Below are positions 45,630-58,665 of a stretch of DNA of 64,000 nt, piece by piece. The DNA is from the human T2T-CHM13v2.0 reference genome, Homo sapiens. The translations under genes and the position numbers were made by a program. Below the pieces are notes generated by a model. The model saw nothing but the letters and a program-made list of their open reading frames with translations. It was not told where the DNA came from and searched no databases. Each line of letters starts with the position of its first letter. Position 1 is the first letter of the stretch. The stretch is from the NCBI RefSeq assembly GCF_009914755.1, contig NC_060938.1; one strand, 5' to 3'.

Positions 45630-46040
45630 TGTGATCAGGTAAAGCCTCTCTGAGCAGATAAAATTGTAGCTGAAAATTGAAGGATGAGAAGAAATCAAAC
45701 AAAAAGTCTATGGAATAGAGTCCCAAGCCAATGGATCTTACTAAAGGACCTTGGGGTGGAAAACACAGTCCACAAAATACAACTGGAGCTCAATAACAAA
45801 GAAGGGAGCAGAGTGAATTGAATTTGATGAGATAGATGGATGCAGCACGACAGGGATTCAGAATCTCTGACAAGAAGTTTGAATTTTATTTTTCATGCAA
45901 TTAGAAGTCCTTGGATTGGTGTTAGTCATGGATGTTACATAATCTAATTTAGGTTTTAAAAATCAATCTAGCTGCTGTGTGCTACTGGATTTGAGGAGAG
46001 GGATGGCTGGATTGGATATACAAGATTGGAAGCACAAACT
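45630..46040 (-). mobile_element. L2 fragment
   Basis: gtgatcaggtaaagcctctctgagcag...aagaagtttgaattttatt...aatcaatctagctgctgtg. Confidence 0.65.
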
Positions 46041-46859
46041 GATTAAGTATGAATGAGCCAGTCATTGGTTCTAGTCAAGATTTTGAATCTTGAGATTAAA
46101 ATTGAAAAAATTAGCATATTTTATCTAATTTCTAATACCTCACCATGTGTTTACATGATTTGGAAATTGCTAAATTTTCATGCTTATTGTTTTTACATTC
46201 TGAAAAATATAATGTTGACAATTGTATATAAAATGAATAGTAATCTTTTAGGAGCCTTTTAGATCAATTATGTGTTTCTAGAGAATTAAGTGGCAGAGTT
46301 TTCTTAAAATGGCTTTCTCATTTGTGAATTAAATAATTCATCTTTTTCTTGGAGAAATAACATCTTCAAATAAACTTTTCAGTAAATTTGTATCACTACA
46401 TTACTGAGTCATTAAATGGTTTAAAAATATTTTCTACATCCATTGCACTAAAAATTAACTTATTCAGGTACAGGGTCAAGCATGTATCTTTTCCCCTACA
46501 GTTATCTGTTAAAGTTGATCTGTAGATTTCTGTTTCCTGGTATTGTTGAGATACTGGGAACTAAAATAATAGCACTTAATTGTTGTCTTTATAGGCAATT
46601 TATGTTTCTACCTAGGCTTTTGTAGTTTTTATTTCTCTTTTTCCTTGAAATTTAGTAACTTTACCAGGATATGTCCTACTATCTTCTTATATACTAAAGT
46701 TTTGTAGGTCAATGAGCTGTTTTCTTTTGCAGACTAAGAACGGCTTGCTATTCTAAAGATTCTTTTATTACATAAGAGAAGAATTTTGCTGGAGTTGAAG
46801 TTTGACTGAACTAAGCAATGACAGCTACTTAAATAATTCCAGTGTTTTGCAGGTATACT

Positions 46860-47027
46860 GGCTATTTTGTCAGGATCCAAAATAACACTTCAAATTATAC
46901 ATTTGTGCCTAATTTTAAAATGTAAATTTAGAAATAAATGTAAAAACTTCTTTCTCAATTTACATTTTAAAATTAGGAAAATTAATGTATAATTGGAAGT
47001 GCTATTTTTGATCCTTATAAAATAGCC
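46860..47027. repeat. Long inverted repeat (~75-bp arms, 16-nt spacer)
   Basis: 46860-46934 versus the reverse complement of 46951-47027, about 85% identical by eye. Confidence 0.9.
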
Positions 47028-47316
47028 CACATGCCTGTAATCCCAGCACTTTGGGAGGCTGATGCAGGTGAATTGCTTGAGTTAAGGAGTTTGAGACCAG
47101 CCCGGCCAACATGGTGAAACCCCGTCTCTAATAAAAATTCAAAAAATTAGCTGGTCACAGTGGCACATGCCTGTAGTCCTAGCTACTCAGAAGGCTGGGG
47201 CAGGAGAATCACTTGAACCGGGAGGCAGAGGTTGCAGTCAGCCGAGATCATGCCAGTGCACTCCAGCCTGGGCGACAGAGCGAGACTCCGCCAAAAAAAA
47301 AAAAGAAAGAAAGAAA
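47028..47316 (+). mobile_element. AluS (Sz-like), 5' clipped
   Basis: Lacks the first ~17 nt of Alu; A/GAAA tail; no TSD seen. Confidence 0.92.
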
Positions 47317-47432
47317 GTTACAAATTAAATATCTTTTATATGTTTAAAAAATAAAGAACAACAATGTGCAAATTATCCTATGAGTAAACTATTTCAAATG
47401 GGTTGAAGAAAATTTATAAAATGGTAAAATGA

Positions 47433-47790
<358 letters not shown>

Positions 47791-48529
47791 TCAGGGTTAT
47801 GTCATACCTTGTATTTTTTAAAAAATTATTACTATGCATTTTATTTATAATTAAAAAATGTATAAATCATCTTCAGGAATATCATAGTATTGTCTTTGCG
47901 AAAATCTGGCTATCTATAATTTTTGGTAAAACAGTGTCTATTTTTTACAACCCTGTTTTGTGGTAGCCATGAAATTAAGCACTAACTCACTAATCCTATG
48001 TGTAAGTCATAAAAATTAGGCAATTGCTCAAAATGAAATGAAATATACTGGTGTTTTCTAATTCCTTTTTTGTTATGTTGCCATGGAAATCAGTGGCTCA
48101 GTCTATTTGAATGTTTAAAAATAAACTAGATCAGTGAGTTGATGCCTAAAACATTTACTGGATATCAATTATTTACTGATAATTACTGTAAAAAGTGCAC
48201 ATTTCCCTTTGTTCCAGTGTGCTGAAAAAAAACCCTGGTTAGCTAATGACAAGAACTGATAGGTAAGAGATTATACATCCTTTGTAAAGGTCTTAACTGG
48301 AACCCTAGACGTCAAGTTCACTTGCTCAAAGATTAAATAACAAATAGAAATTTTTATTCTTAAAATGTCCATTCGTAGTTAGGAACACACTTCTGCTGTT
48401 ATGATTATTCACAAAATGTTTTACCAAAATTTTTGTAATAGTAGCTCCCATGTTCTTAGCTCATATGTACTGGCAGTTTTCTTTGGCTAAGGTTTCAGGT
48501 GGATGCTTTAATTTATTCGCTAAATTATA

Positions 48530-48870
48530 ACAGTTAGGAATATATTCAGCTATGGGTGAAAGTAACTCAAAGTAACTATAACTGTAAGAAGATAGAGAAG
48601 TTTATTTCTTTCTCAATGAAAGTCCAGAGGCAGGTAGCCCAGGTCTGCTGTAGTTTTCTGTGGCGGCAAGTACTAAGGATTCTTTTATCTTTGCTCTACT
48701 GAGCTATGTTAGGCCATTTCATGGTCCAAGATGGTAGTCTCAGCTTTGACATCTGTGAATTTCATGAACAAGAAGCATAACACTTACCATCTTTCCAGAA
48801 TATAACCACCTTTCCATATCTACATGCAAAGTAAAGGGGAAATGCAATCTTTAAGCTAAACTGAATCTAT
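48530..48870 (-). mobile_element. Old MLT1J-like LTR (may resume near 49340-49410)
   Basis: agaagtttatttctttctc...aagtccagaggcagg...tcatggtccaagatgg. Confidence 0.55.
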
Positions 48871-48909
48871 TCTACCAAGTATGTAGGACTACATTTCTTT
48901 CTTTTTTTT

Positions 48910-49190
48910 TGGCTTATAAACAATAGAAATTTATTTCTCATGGTTCTAGAGGCTGGAAAGTCCAAGATCAAGGTGCTGGCAGATGAGGTGTCTGTTGAGG
49001 GCTCACTTCCTGGCCACTCATAGGGTGGAAGGAGAGCTCTCTGGGGTCTCATTTATGAGTACTAATCCCATTCCTGAGGGCTCCGCCTCATGAGAATCAC
49101 CTCCCAAAGGCCTTACCTCCTAATCCCATCACCTCAGAAGTTAGGATTTTAACACAGGAATTTTAGGGGGACACAGATATTCAGCCCTTT
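48910..49190 (-). mobile_element. MLT1A-type LTR
   Basis: agaaatttatttctcatggttctagaggctggaaagtccaagatcaaggtgctggcagat...gggacacagatattcag. Confidence 0.85.
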
Positions 49191-49235
49191 GAAGATGAGT
49201 CTGTGAATTCCATCCATGGCCTCTTGAGTAGCTAT

Positions 49236-49335
49236 TTCTTTTTTTTTTTTTTTTAATTTAAGTTCTGGGATACATGTGCAGAATGTGCAGGTTTGTTACA
49301 CAGGTATACATGTGCCATGGTGGTTTGCTGCACCT
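49236..49335 (-). mobile_element. L1PA extreme 3' end (~100 bp)
   Basis: poly-T followed by taagttctgggatacatgtgcagaatgtgcaggtttgttaca. Confidence 0.88.
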
Positions 49336-49589
49336 AACTGTAGGGCCGTATTTCTAAAAAAATAATAATAATGTCGAGCAATCGATATTAAGGAGCAAAT
49401 ACTCTCTGGAATAAACCATTGTGAGGCACTAAATATAATTTGGCATCAATCTATTTCTATACATTGCATCCTTCTCAAATGAAAACATCTGTATGGAAGT
49501 TTACCCTGTTTCTCTCCTTATGCTTCTATGTCTTGTTTTCAACATCAGTGAACAATCATATTAAAACATACGGTAGATAATACATTTCA

Positions 49590-50010
49590 CTACCTTAAGC
49601 TTCCAGTGGCTCCCATCTCATTCAGAATAAAATCCATTCTTTACCATGGTTCTTAAGGCCCGGGTGTCGGCCCTTACTATTTCTCTGACCTCCTACCTCT
49701 GAATCTCTTGCTCATTTTTATTTTTATTTATTTATTTTTTACTTTAGCTATTGTGATTCCTTGCCACTTTCTGAATAAGTCAAGAATGCTTCCAAATCAG
49801 CGCCATTTCCATTCCTCGAGAGTCAACTTTTGATCGCCCATTCTTGATCCCTTAACTTGCTTCATGTTTTTCTTCACAAAAATATTACCACCCGAAATAT
49901 AACTATGAATTTATTTTACTGGAATGCAAACTTCATGAGGGCAGGGTTTTGGTTTTATGTATTGTTTTACACCCAGGATTAGAATAGTACCAGACACATA
50001 ACATTCAGCA
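49590..50010 (+). mobile_element. L2 3' fragment
   Basis: cttccagtggctcccatctcattcagaataaaatcca...ggaatgcaaacttcatgagggcaggg. Confidence 0.75.
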
Positions 50011-50399
50011 ATTGGTACATAAAAACTTCAAGTAACTGGTCTAATAAACTTCAACATACCATTACTCAATTTCCATACATTGGTTTGGTCCATTTCGGCT
50101 GGTTTGTCAAATGTACAGTCATAGGCTGTTTTTGTGATTGTTTATGACCCATGTGTATTTTTTATTTGTCTTATGCTCAAAGTCTTATTCTTATACTACA
50201 TCATTAGATTTGCAAAACTACTATTTAGTCTTTTTTTATATTTAACTTTTGATTTACTTGTACTTTCTAAAATTTGTATGTTTATCTTACTTATGTCAGC
50301 TTTTATTTTAATTTCTTCCTCTAATTTGTGTTGGCTTATTTGTTCCTACAGTAATTTTATATCATCAATTCTTAATTCTAATATATTTCATTTTTATAT

Positions 50400-52500
50400 A
50401 ATTAAGATAATATATATGCAGTAAAATTACACAAATCTTAAGCGTATCACTTGTCAAGTATTTCCCGTGTGTGTGTGTGTGTGTGTGTGTGTAACCACCA
50501 CCAAGGTCAAAATATGAATCTTTGTTAAAGCCCTAGATGTTACATTCAAAACTCCATGTCACAGAAGTAAACAGTATTCTAACTTCTATTGCCACAGATT
50601 ACTTTTATCTGTTCTCCAACTTCATAAAAAGAGAATCCTTCCACATGTATTTATCTGCCATTTTTTGCCCATTGCAATTTCTGTAAGAATCATCTAGGTT
50701 GTCATAATATGAGGAGTTCCTTCTGTTTTATTGATGGGTAGTATTAAACTGTCTGAATATGCTAGCATTTTTATTTATCTGCTCTTCTGTACATGAACAT
50801 TTACAGGCATACCTCATTTTATTGTGCTTCATTTTCTTGCATTTTGCAGATATGTTTTTAAAAATTAAAGATTTGTGGCAACCCTGAATACAGCAAATGT
50901 TTCAACAGCATTTTTCCAACAGCATGTGCTCACTTTACATTCTTCTGTTACATTTTGGTAATTCTCACAATATTTCAATTTTTTGACTGTCATTACATCT
51001 GTTAGGGTGCTCTGGGATTACTGAATTTTAATCTTACTATTGTAATTCTTTGGGGGCACCATGAATAGTGCCCATATGAGATGTTGAAGTTAATTGATAA
51101 ATGCTGGGTGTGTTCTATCTTCTCCACCAACTGGCTGGCTGTTCCCCAGTCTCCCTTCTCCTCAGTCCTCCTTATTCCCTGAAACACAACAATATTCAAA
51201 TAAGGCCAATTAATAACCCTACACCAAGGTCTCTAAGAGTTCAAGTGAAAGGAAGAGGTGCACGTCTCTCACTTTAAATAAAAATCTAGAAATGATTATG
51301 CTTCGTGAGGAAGTCATGTTGGAAGCTGAGATAGGCCAAAAACTATGCATCTTGCACCGAACACTTAGCCAAGTTGTGAATGCAAAGGAAAAGTTCTGAG
51401 GGAAACTGAAAGTTCTACTCCAGTGAACATATGAGTGATAAGAAAGCAAAACAGCCTTATTTTACTGATAAACAGAGAAAAATTTAGTGGTCTGGATACA
51501 AAAAAAATCAACCACAAAGCCTCACATTAAGCCAAAGCCTAATCCAAAGCAAGGCCCTACTCTTCAATTCTATGAAGGCTGAGAGAGGTGAGGAAGCTGC
51601 AGAAGAAAAGTTAGAAGCTAACAGAGGCTGGTTCATGAGGTTTATGGGAAGAGCTATCTCCATCACATTAAAGTGCAAGGTGAAGCAGCAAGTGCTGACG
51701 TAGGAGCTGCAGCAAGTTATCCAGAAAATCTAGCTAAGATTATTATTGAAGGTGGTTACATTAAACAGATTTTCAGTGGTGATAAAACAGCCTTCTATTG
51801 GGAAAAGATACCATCTAGGACTTTCATAGTAGAGAGAAGTCAATGCCTGGCTTCAATGCTTCAAAGGACAGGCTGACTCTCTAGTTAGAGGCTAAAGCAG
51901 CTGGTGACTGCTTTAGCAGTTGAAGCCACCACTTCAATTGTTTTTTTAAGACATAATATGAGTACACACTTAATAGACTAGATGTTTGCACTCTAGTACA
52001 GTGCAAACATAACTTCTACATGCACTGGGAAACCAAAGAATTTATGTCACTCACTTTATTATGATATTTGCTTTATTGTGGTGGTCTGAAACTGAACCCA
52101 AAATATCTCTGAGGTATGCCTGTGTGTTGTTTCAATTTTGGGCTGTTATTAATAAAGCTGAGAGTCTTGTGTATGTCTTTTGTTGGAGTTGTTTACTCAT
52201 TTCTCTTGGGTACACACATAGGAGGAGAATTTCAAGGTTATTGGGGAAGTATATATTTATTTTAGGCGATCTTGCCAAACAATTTTTCTAAATAATTGTT
52301 CTAATTTACACTCCCACTAGCAATGTCGGAGGGTTCCAACTGTTCCACATACTTCTCAACACCTCCTATTTTCAGTCTTTTCTGAATTTTAGCAATTCCA
52401 GTTGGTATATAGTAATATCTCATTGTGATTTTCATTTTCATTTTTCTGATGCATAATTATGTTGGCCAATTTTTCAAATGTTTATTTTCAAAGAACAGTT
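50400..52500 (-). mobile_element. Old L1 (L1MC/ME) 3' end, interrupted by Tigger1
   Basis: gtaaaattacacaaatcttaag, gtaaccaccacca; resumes after 52122 with ttcaattttgggctgtta...tttacactcccactagcaatgt. Confidence 0.7.
50804..52122 (+). mobile_element. Tigger1, internally deleted, with decayed transposase
   Basis: TIRs caggcatacctc / gaggtatgcctg. ORF 51673-51876 (QGEAASAD...[13 protein letters not shown]) is a pogo/Tigger transposase remnant. Deletion junction near 51935. Confidence 0.93.
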
Positions 52501-52934
52501 TTAAAGCTACACATTATCTTAAAGTATTTTTGCTGTGTCTAACAAATTTTGATAGTGAAGCATTGTTTTCATTGACTTCAAGTAGTTAGTGACCTTTAAT
52601 TTATTCTTTGACCTAAAAGTTAACATTGTCTCAATGTATAGATAAGCATTTGGACTTAATTTTTAATTATTTATTTTCAATTGTATTGGCTTATGATAAG
52701 ATACATTGATGGTAAATTGTCTTAAAAAATTAAAGTTTTGATGTAGCCAAGCACATAACATTTTTGTATATGTTTCTTAGATATAGGAAAATATTTAATT
52801 GAGGGGCATAAGGCTCTCCATACAGCTATTATATGTCTATTGATTGTAATTTTAATCTACTAGACTAATTCTGAAAAATATGTATTATAATATTTCATTG
52901 AGTATAATTTTATTTATGTTTCCCCCACATTTCT

Positions 52935-53252
52935 TTCTTTCTTTTTTTTTTTTTTTTTTTTTGAGACAAGGCCTTGCTCTGTCACCCAGTCTGGATTGCA
53001 GTGGCGCAAACACAGCTCACCGCAGCCTTGACCTCCTGGGCTCAAGCGACCTCCCTGCCTCAGCTTCACATATATATAGTTGGGACCACAGGCATGTGCC
53101 ACCATGCCCAGCTAATTTTTTAGAATTATTTTTCTAGAGATGGGATTTCACTCTGTTGTCCAGTCTGGTCTTGAACTCCTAGTCTCAAGTTATTCTCCCG
53201 TGTAGGCCTCTTGAAGTGTTGTGATTACAGGCATGAGCCACCACACCCAGCC
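52935..53252 (-). mobile_element. AluJ
   Basis: cagccttgacctcctgggctcaagcga (J-type); TSD cacatttct. Confidence 0.92.
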
Positions 53253-54773
53253 CACATTTCTAACAGTTTCTCTTTAATATGCTTAGCTCACATAAGCCAT
53301 ACAAATTCATGATTATAATATTTTTCATCAATTTTGCTTTTTACTATTATATAATTCCTCAATTACCCTGTTTCATTCTGCATACCTCAAATCCCACTTT
53401 CTCTAATGTGATTAATGATACTTTGATTTCTTTTGATTTGCTTTTTCTTGATACTCCTTGCACATATCACTTTATTCAACTTTCTCTGATACTTTAAGTA
53501 TGTATCTTATAATCAGAAAATTGAAAACTTTTACTTTTTTGCTACTATATTATTTGTGGCTAATGATCTGTTTTATTTTATTTCTTCCCTTTTGCTTATG
53601 TATGCTTATCAAGTTAAGTTATTTTGCCTCGTTTTCTTCATCTCCAATTTTGTTAGTGTGATGGGGTTGACACTTTTTGCCTTTTTCACTTCTGTCTACT
53701 CCAGTTTTCTGTTCCTTTAATTAGCATCCTCTTACTTATTCCCCTAATTAGATATGAATCACTAATGTTATTTATTTTAAAATAGGTAATTGTCTTGTAA
53801 CTGAAATGCACTTTTCCTCAACCATGGGATTTTAATTCATTTCTTCCCCAGGAGAAGGACATGATCTTTAGAATCATTTTATTTTCTCTTCTATAATACA
53901 CTACTTTTTCTCCATTTTCCCATAGTACATTTAGAATATTACATTTACTTTACTTCATCCTACTTAACTTTAATTTTCTAGCATTTCTTTCCTTTCCTAA
54001 TCATTAGAGAAATTGTCTTAATCTATGACCCTTCTGATTCAGGAATCCTTTAATATTAGTGTTTCATGGTCCTAAGGAGGCTATCTTTATCCATTGTACA
54101 GCTAGATATCAAGGTTAACTTTTAACCACTATTTTCTCTGCTGTTTATCTTTCCCCATATTTAGGTTTCTGTTTTAGTTTCTTCACCATTTTAGGAGGAG
54201 ATTTTCATCGAGTTTGTGATTGATAATGTTTCTCAGTTTTTCAGTATCCTCATATATCTTTTTTCTCCCATGATAGATACGGTATTGTTGAGGTGAAGTC
54301 TTCATATTTCATTTCTCTGGAAATGTTGGTTTATTATTGTCTAACTTCTACTTTTCCAAATGAGGAGCTCAATTCTAGTCTATCAATTATTTTATGACTT
54401 CTTGAATTTCAGACCTACGTTTTAAAAATCAGTAAGGTTGGAATTTACTATTTCATTAAAATCAAGAAAAAAAAAAAAACCTAAAGTCTCTGTGCTCCTA
54501 TAGGTTGAGGGTAGGGCATCAGATACCTCATGCAATACCCAGAGAAGTCATCTCTTATCTTTAACATAATGTACTAACCCATTCAGGTAATTTTTAAAAG
54601 TCAACCATTCAGTTATTTCCTGACTTATTTTAAAGTGAGGTTCAGCAACATATTCATTCATGTTGAAGTTTTCTTTGGACTTAAGTACTTAGACCTTTGA
54701 CTACTATAAGCTCTTTCTTGGCTCTTCTGCCCTCAGTTCTGCCCCTACTTTCTATATGTTTTTCCAAGACTAC

Positions 54774-55210
54774 TGCTATGATTTGGATATGGTTTGTTTG
54801 TCCCTACCAAAGCTCATGTTGAAATTTAGTCCCCAGTGTGCAGGTGTTGGAAACTTGGACCTAGTTGAATGTGTTTGAATCATGGGGATGAATCCTTTAG
54901 GAATTGCTTGGTGCTGTTCTTTCAGTAGTGAGTTTTCACTCTGGAAAAACGGAATTTGTTCTCAGGAGAATGGATGAGTACCCTTCTAAGTGAGTTGTTA
55001 TAGAGTCAGGGTGCCCTTTGGGTTTTGACTCTATTTGCAAATGTCTGCATCCCCTTTGACTTTCTCCACCATGTTATGATGAAGCATGAAAGCCATTGCC
55101 AGAAGCCAGGGCCATGGCCTTGAACTTCCCAGCCTGCAGAACTGTATTTTTCCTGGTAAATTATCCAGCCTCAGGTATTCTATTACAGCAACAAAAAATG
55201 AACTAAGACA
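54774..55210 (+). mobile_element. MSTB-type MaLR solo LTR
   Basis: tgctatgatttggat...actaagaca; 5-bp TSD actac/actgc. Confidence 0.85.
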
Positions 55211-56767
55211 ACTGCTGAGGAGAAACCTCTCTGGAAACGTAATCACGGTATTACCACTGCCAAGTTATTTATCAGGATTAGAAGATCCTGGCTACACTGA
55301 GGGAAGCAGGTTATACCTGGAATCGGAGGGTAAAGAAGAGATACCCAGATTATCATATTATCAGAATTCCCCATCAAAAACTGATCTTTTGTTAACAGCA
55401 AGATGATGGGGTTAAACTAGCTATGGCTTTTCCTTCCTCATACAGATTTATTAAAAAATAAATAAATTATAAAATTGTTTATAATGAAAATATTTACTTT
55501 AAATTGATTGAAGTTATATGAAAATAATTTATTCCACACAATAAACCTCCTCATTGAATAATGAAAATGATTAAATTTTAGTTGAATGTGTGGATATAAA
55601 AATAAAAATAAATTTAATTGTTAAACATTGAGAGGGTACACTGATGTTATAAATCACAATGACTTTTACAAGTGAACTTTTGAGCAAAGAAAGGTTAACC
55701 TAATTATTCTGTTCTAGCAGGTTTATTTATTGGTTTATTTATCTAAAAAATAAAGTAGTTTACTAGGAAATCTAATTAAGAAAAATTTATGGATGTCATG
55801 AAAATATAGTAGTGTTAAGAATACAATTACAAAGATATATTTGAAAATATGACCTAAAAGATAAAAAAAAGACAAAGATGGCTGAAATTATTTCAGCAAC
55901 ATAGAAGTGATTTTTTTTAACTATATGATGGAATCTCATGAATTGTCTATAATTCAATCATTTTTGACCTTCAAAGACGGCAACTTCACATGGTTCAACT
56001 TAATATAAAATACATCCTTAGGGAGAATTCTGCCAGACACACTACAGCTTGATTATATATGATGGAAGAGACACAAAACTCATAGAGACAACCACATATT
56101 TTGAGGAGGTTAACAAAATACGTATTATCAGATATTTCATAACACAAAAGCTCTTTTGTAATTTCTTAAATGTATTAGCATGATTACTTGTTTAAAACCA
56201 TTTTTTAAGAAAATTCTATCTTTTCATAATTCTTGTGTTTTTGAGAATGTATTTCTTATATTTTACTCTTAAAACATGAAGAATATCATTTTCCTCAAAA
56301 ATACGTAGATAACGTCTTTTTTAAATTTCCTGTCAGGCTAATTTTACAGACAAGATGACATTTTATAGGATTTTTTAAATCCCTATACATCAGTATTTTG
56401 TTAGAATATATTTTAATCAATATACTCTGTAATTTTTTCTTATATATTGAATTATTTTATCTAAAGTGTCAAGAATCCTATGATTTCAGGAATGTTTACA
56501 TTTTTGAAAGTCTTTTATTCTGTACCATCTTTTCCTATTTCCTTCAGAGATACTAATTATCTTTCACTGAATCTTAGCTGTCTCTATGCCATAATTATCA
56601 TCTTCTCACTAAATCCTTTTAGCCAATATACGAAGAGGATTAGTTGGAATTGAAGTTGGAATTGACTAAGCAGAGGTAGGAAGAAAGAAAGTAAATTCCA
56701 CACAGTGAGGGGTTGAGTCAAAGACTCAGAAATGGGAAGGATTATTTCACATTCACAAGTTCTACCT

Positions 56768-57131
56768 ATGGAATCCTATGTAGCCATGAAGAAGAATGAG
56801 CTCATGTCCTTTACAGGGACATGGATGGAGCTGGAGGCCGTTATCCTTAGCAAACTAACACAGTAACAGAAAACCAAATACCACATGTTCTCACTTATTA
56901 GTGGGAGCTAAATGATGAGAATGCATGGATACACAAGAGAAACAACACACACTGGGGCCTTTTGGAGGGTGAAGGGTGGGAGGAGGGAGAGGATTGGGAA
57001 AAATAACTAATGGATACTAGGCTTAATACCTGGGTGATGAAATAATCTGTACAACACAACCCCATGACACAAGTTTACTTTTGTAACAAACCTGCACTTG
57101 TACCCCTGAACTTGAAAGTTAACTAAAAAAA
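56768..57131 (+). mobile_element. L1PA (older primate) 3' end, inserted in L2
   Basis: acatggatggagctggaggcc...cttaatacctgggtgatgaaataatctgtacaac...cccctgaactt. Confidence 0.9.
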
Positions 57132-57201
57132 AGAAAGAAGAAAAGAAAGAAAGGAAGAAAGAAAGAAAGAAAGAGAAGAAGAGAAGAGAAGAGAAGAGAA
57201 G
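57125..57201. repeat. Purine tract (GAAA)n/(GAGAA)n derived from the L1 tail
   Basis: Seen directly. Confidence 0.9.
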
Positions 57202-57739
57202 ATTCACCATGAGGCTAGTGTAGCTAGAATATAGAGATTAAGTGGGAGAGTAACAATTAAGGTGCTGGAAAAAACGAGATATTTGGGGCCATCATCACAA
57301 GCTTAAATTTTATTCTGAAACTAATGAGAAATAATTATTATTGGTGGTGGGGAGGTGATCTAATTTTTTAAAATATATCGCTCAAGCTGAAGTGTTAAAA
57401 ATAATGTTGATATAGGTGGACAACTAGAGTATTTAGGAGTTTATTGAAGCAGTGTAATAAGAATCAGCAGAATATAGACATAAAATATAGCACAGAATAG
57501 CACAATAACATTAATGCTATTTTCCAGCAGACATCAGATATCCAAAGTCATAGTAAAACATATATTTGATTTCATTCATGTATGAGATATTGATACATAA
57601 TTATAATGATAAAACTTACAGAAAGGTTGGTCCATAGGATCTACTCAGGAAAATGAAAGTATATCGAGAAAAAGGTACAAACTGATATAAAAATGGAAGG
57701 AATTAAAACAAACTGGAGTTCTCAAAATTTTGAAAATAA

Positions 57740-57870
57740 GTCACTTAATCATCACCACAACACTGTAAGGTAAGTATAATTTTTGTCTTCAATATATAAA
57801 TGAGGAAATCAGAAAGAAGTTAAGTCACTTTTTCTAGTTTGTAAGTGTTGAGATGTATGAACCAGGCAGA
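57740..57870 (-). mobile_element. MIR SINE
   Basis: ttaatcatcaccacaacactgtaaggtaagt...aaatgaggaaatcagaaagaagttaagtcactt. Confidence 0.7.
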
Positions 57871-58665
57871 GGACACATAAAAGAGAAGAAGCGAGAGAAA
57901 GCAGGATTGAGCATCAAAATCTTCCTGGAAGAGGTATACAGGAAACACATAGCCATGTCAGACATAAACCACAATAGAATACTCTTGGAGAAGTTTTATT
58001 TTCTCTTTTCAATTCTAGCAACTTCCCTTTAATTTCCTTTTGTTTTACTATTATTTGTTTTAATTCATAATTTCATAAGGGCCATGAATTCTAAAATTTC
58101 TCTCATAGAGTAAATCAGTAGAATATTTTTCCTTTTGTTTTCTAAGGTAAGTTATTTCTTAAGGTATCCTTTTTGTGGCTTTTTAAAAATACACTATGTT
58201 CTTCTTCCATTTTTGTAGAAGTCTCATATTGTGGCTTTCTCTCTGCTCATCTTGACATAAGACTATTTTCCTTAGCATGACTGATACATCCATGAGGAGA
58301 CATTCATGTAGACCATAAAGTATACAAACATCAGACATCAATATTTGTAAAGATCAATAATGTAATTTATAATGAAATTGCTTTCTTAGCTATTAATGGA
58401 AACTATATCATCTTCATATAGCCTTATAACTTATTTATGCTATTCCATTTTTCTCTGTTCCTTTTATTTTCACTTCCCTTGTAATGTTAGTCTCTTCGTA
58501 CTGATTTCTGAAGAGTTCATTTATGATTAAAGATGTTAAACTTTTGTCTATAATTGCAAATATGTTTTATCTCATTCATTTTACTGTGGTGTTTTATTTT
58601 TTGGTTATACAGAAGTTGTATATTGAAATGTAATCTTGTTCTGTCTTATGGCTTTGGAAAACATA

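Noticed and set aside
51673-51876. Transposase-like ORF
   Set aside because: Frameshifted, internally deleted Tigger1 remnant, not a domesticated TIGD gene.
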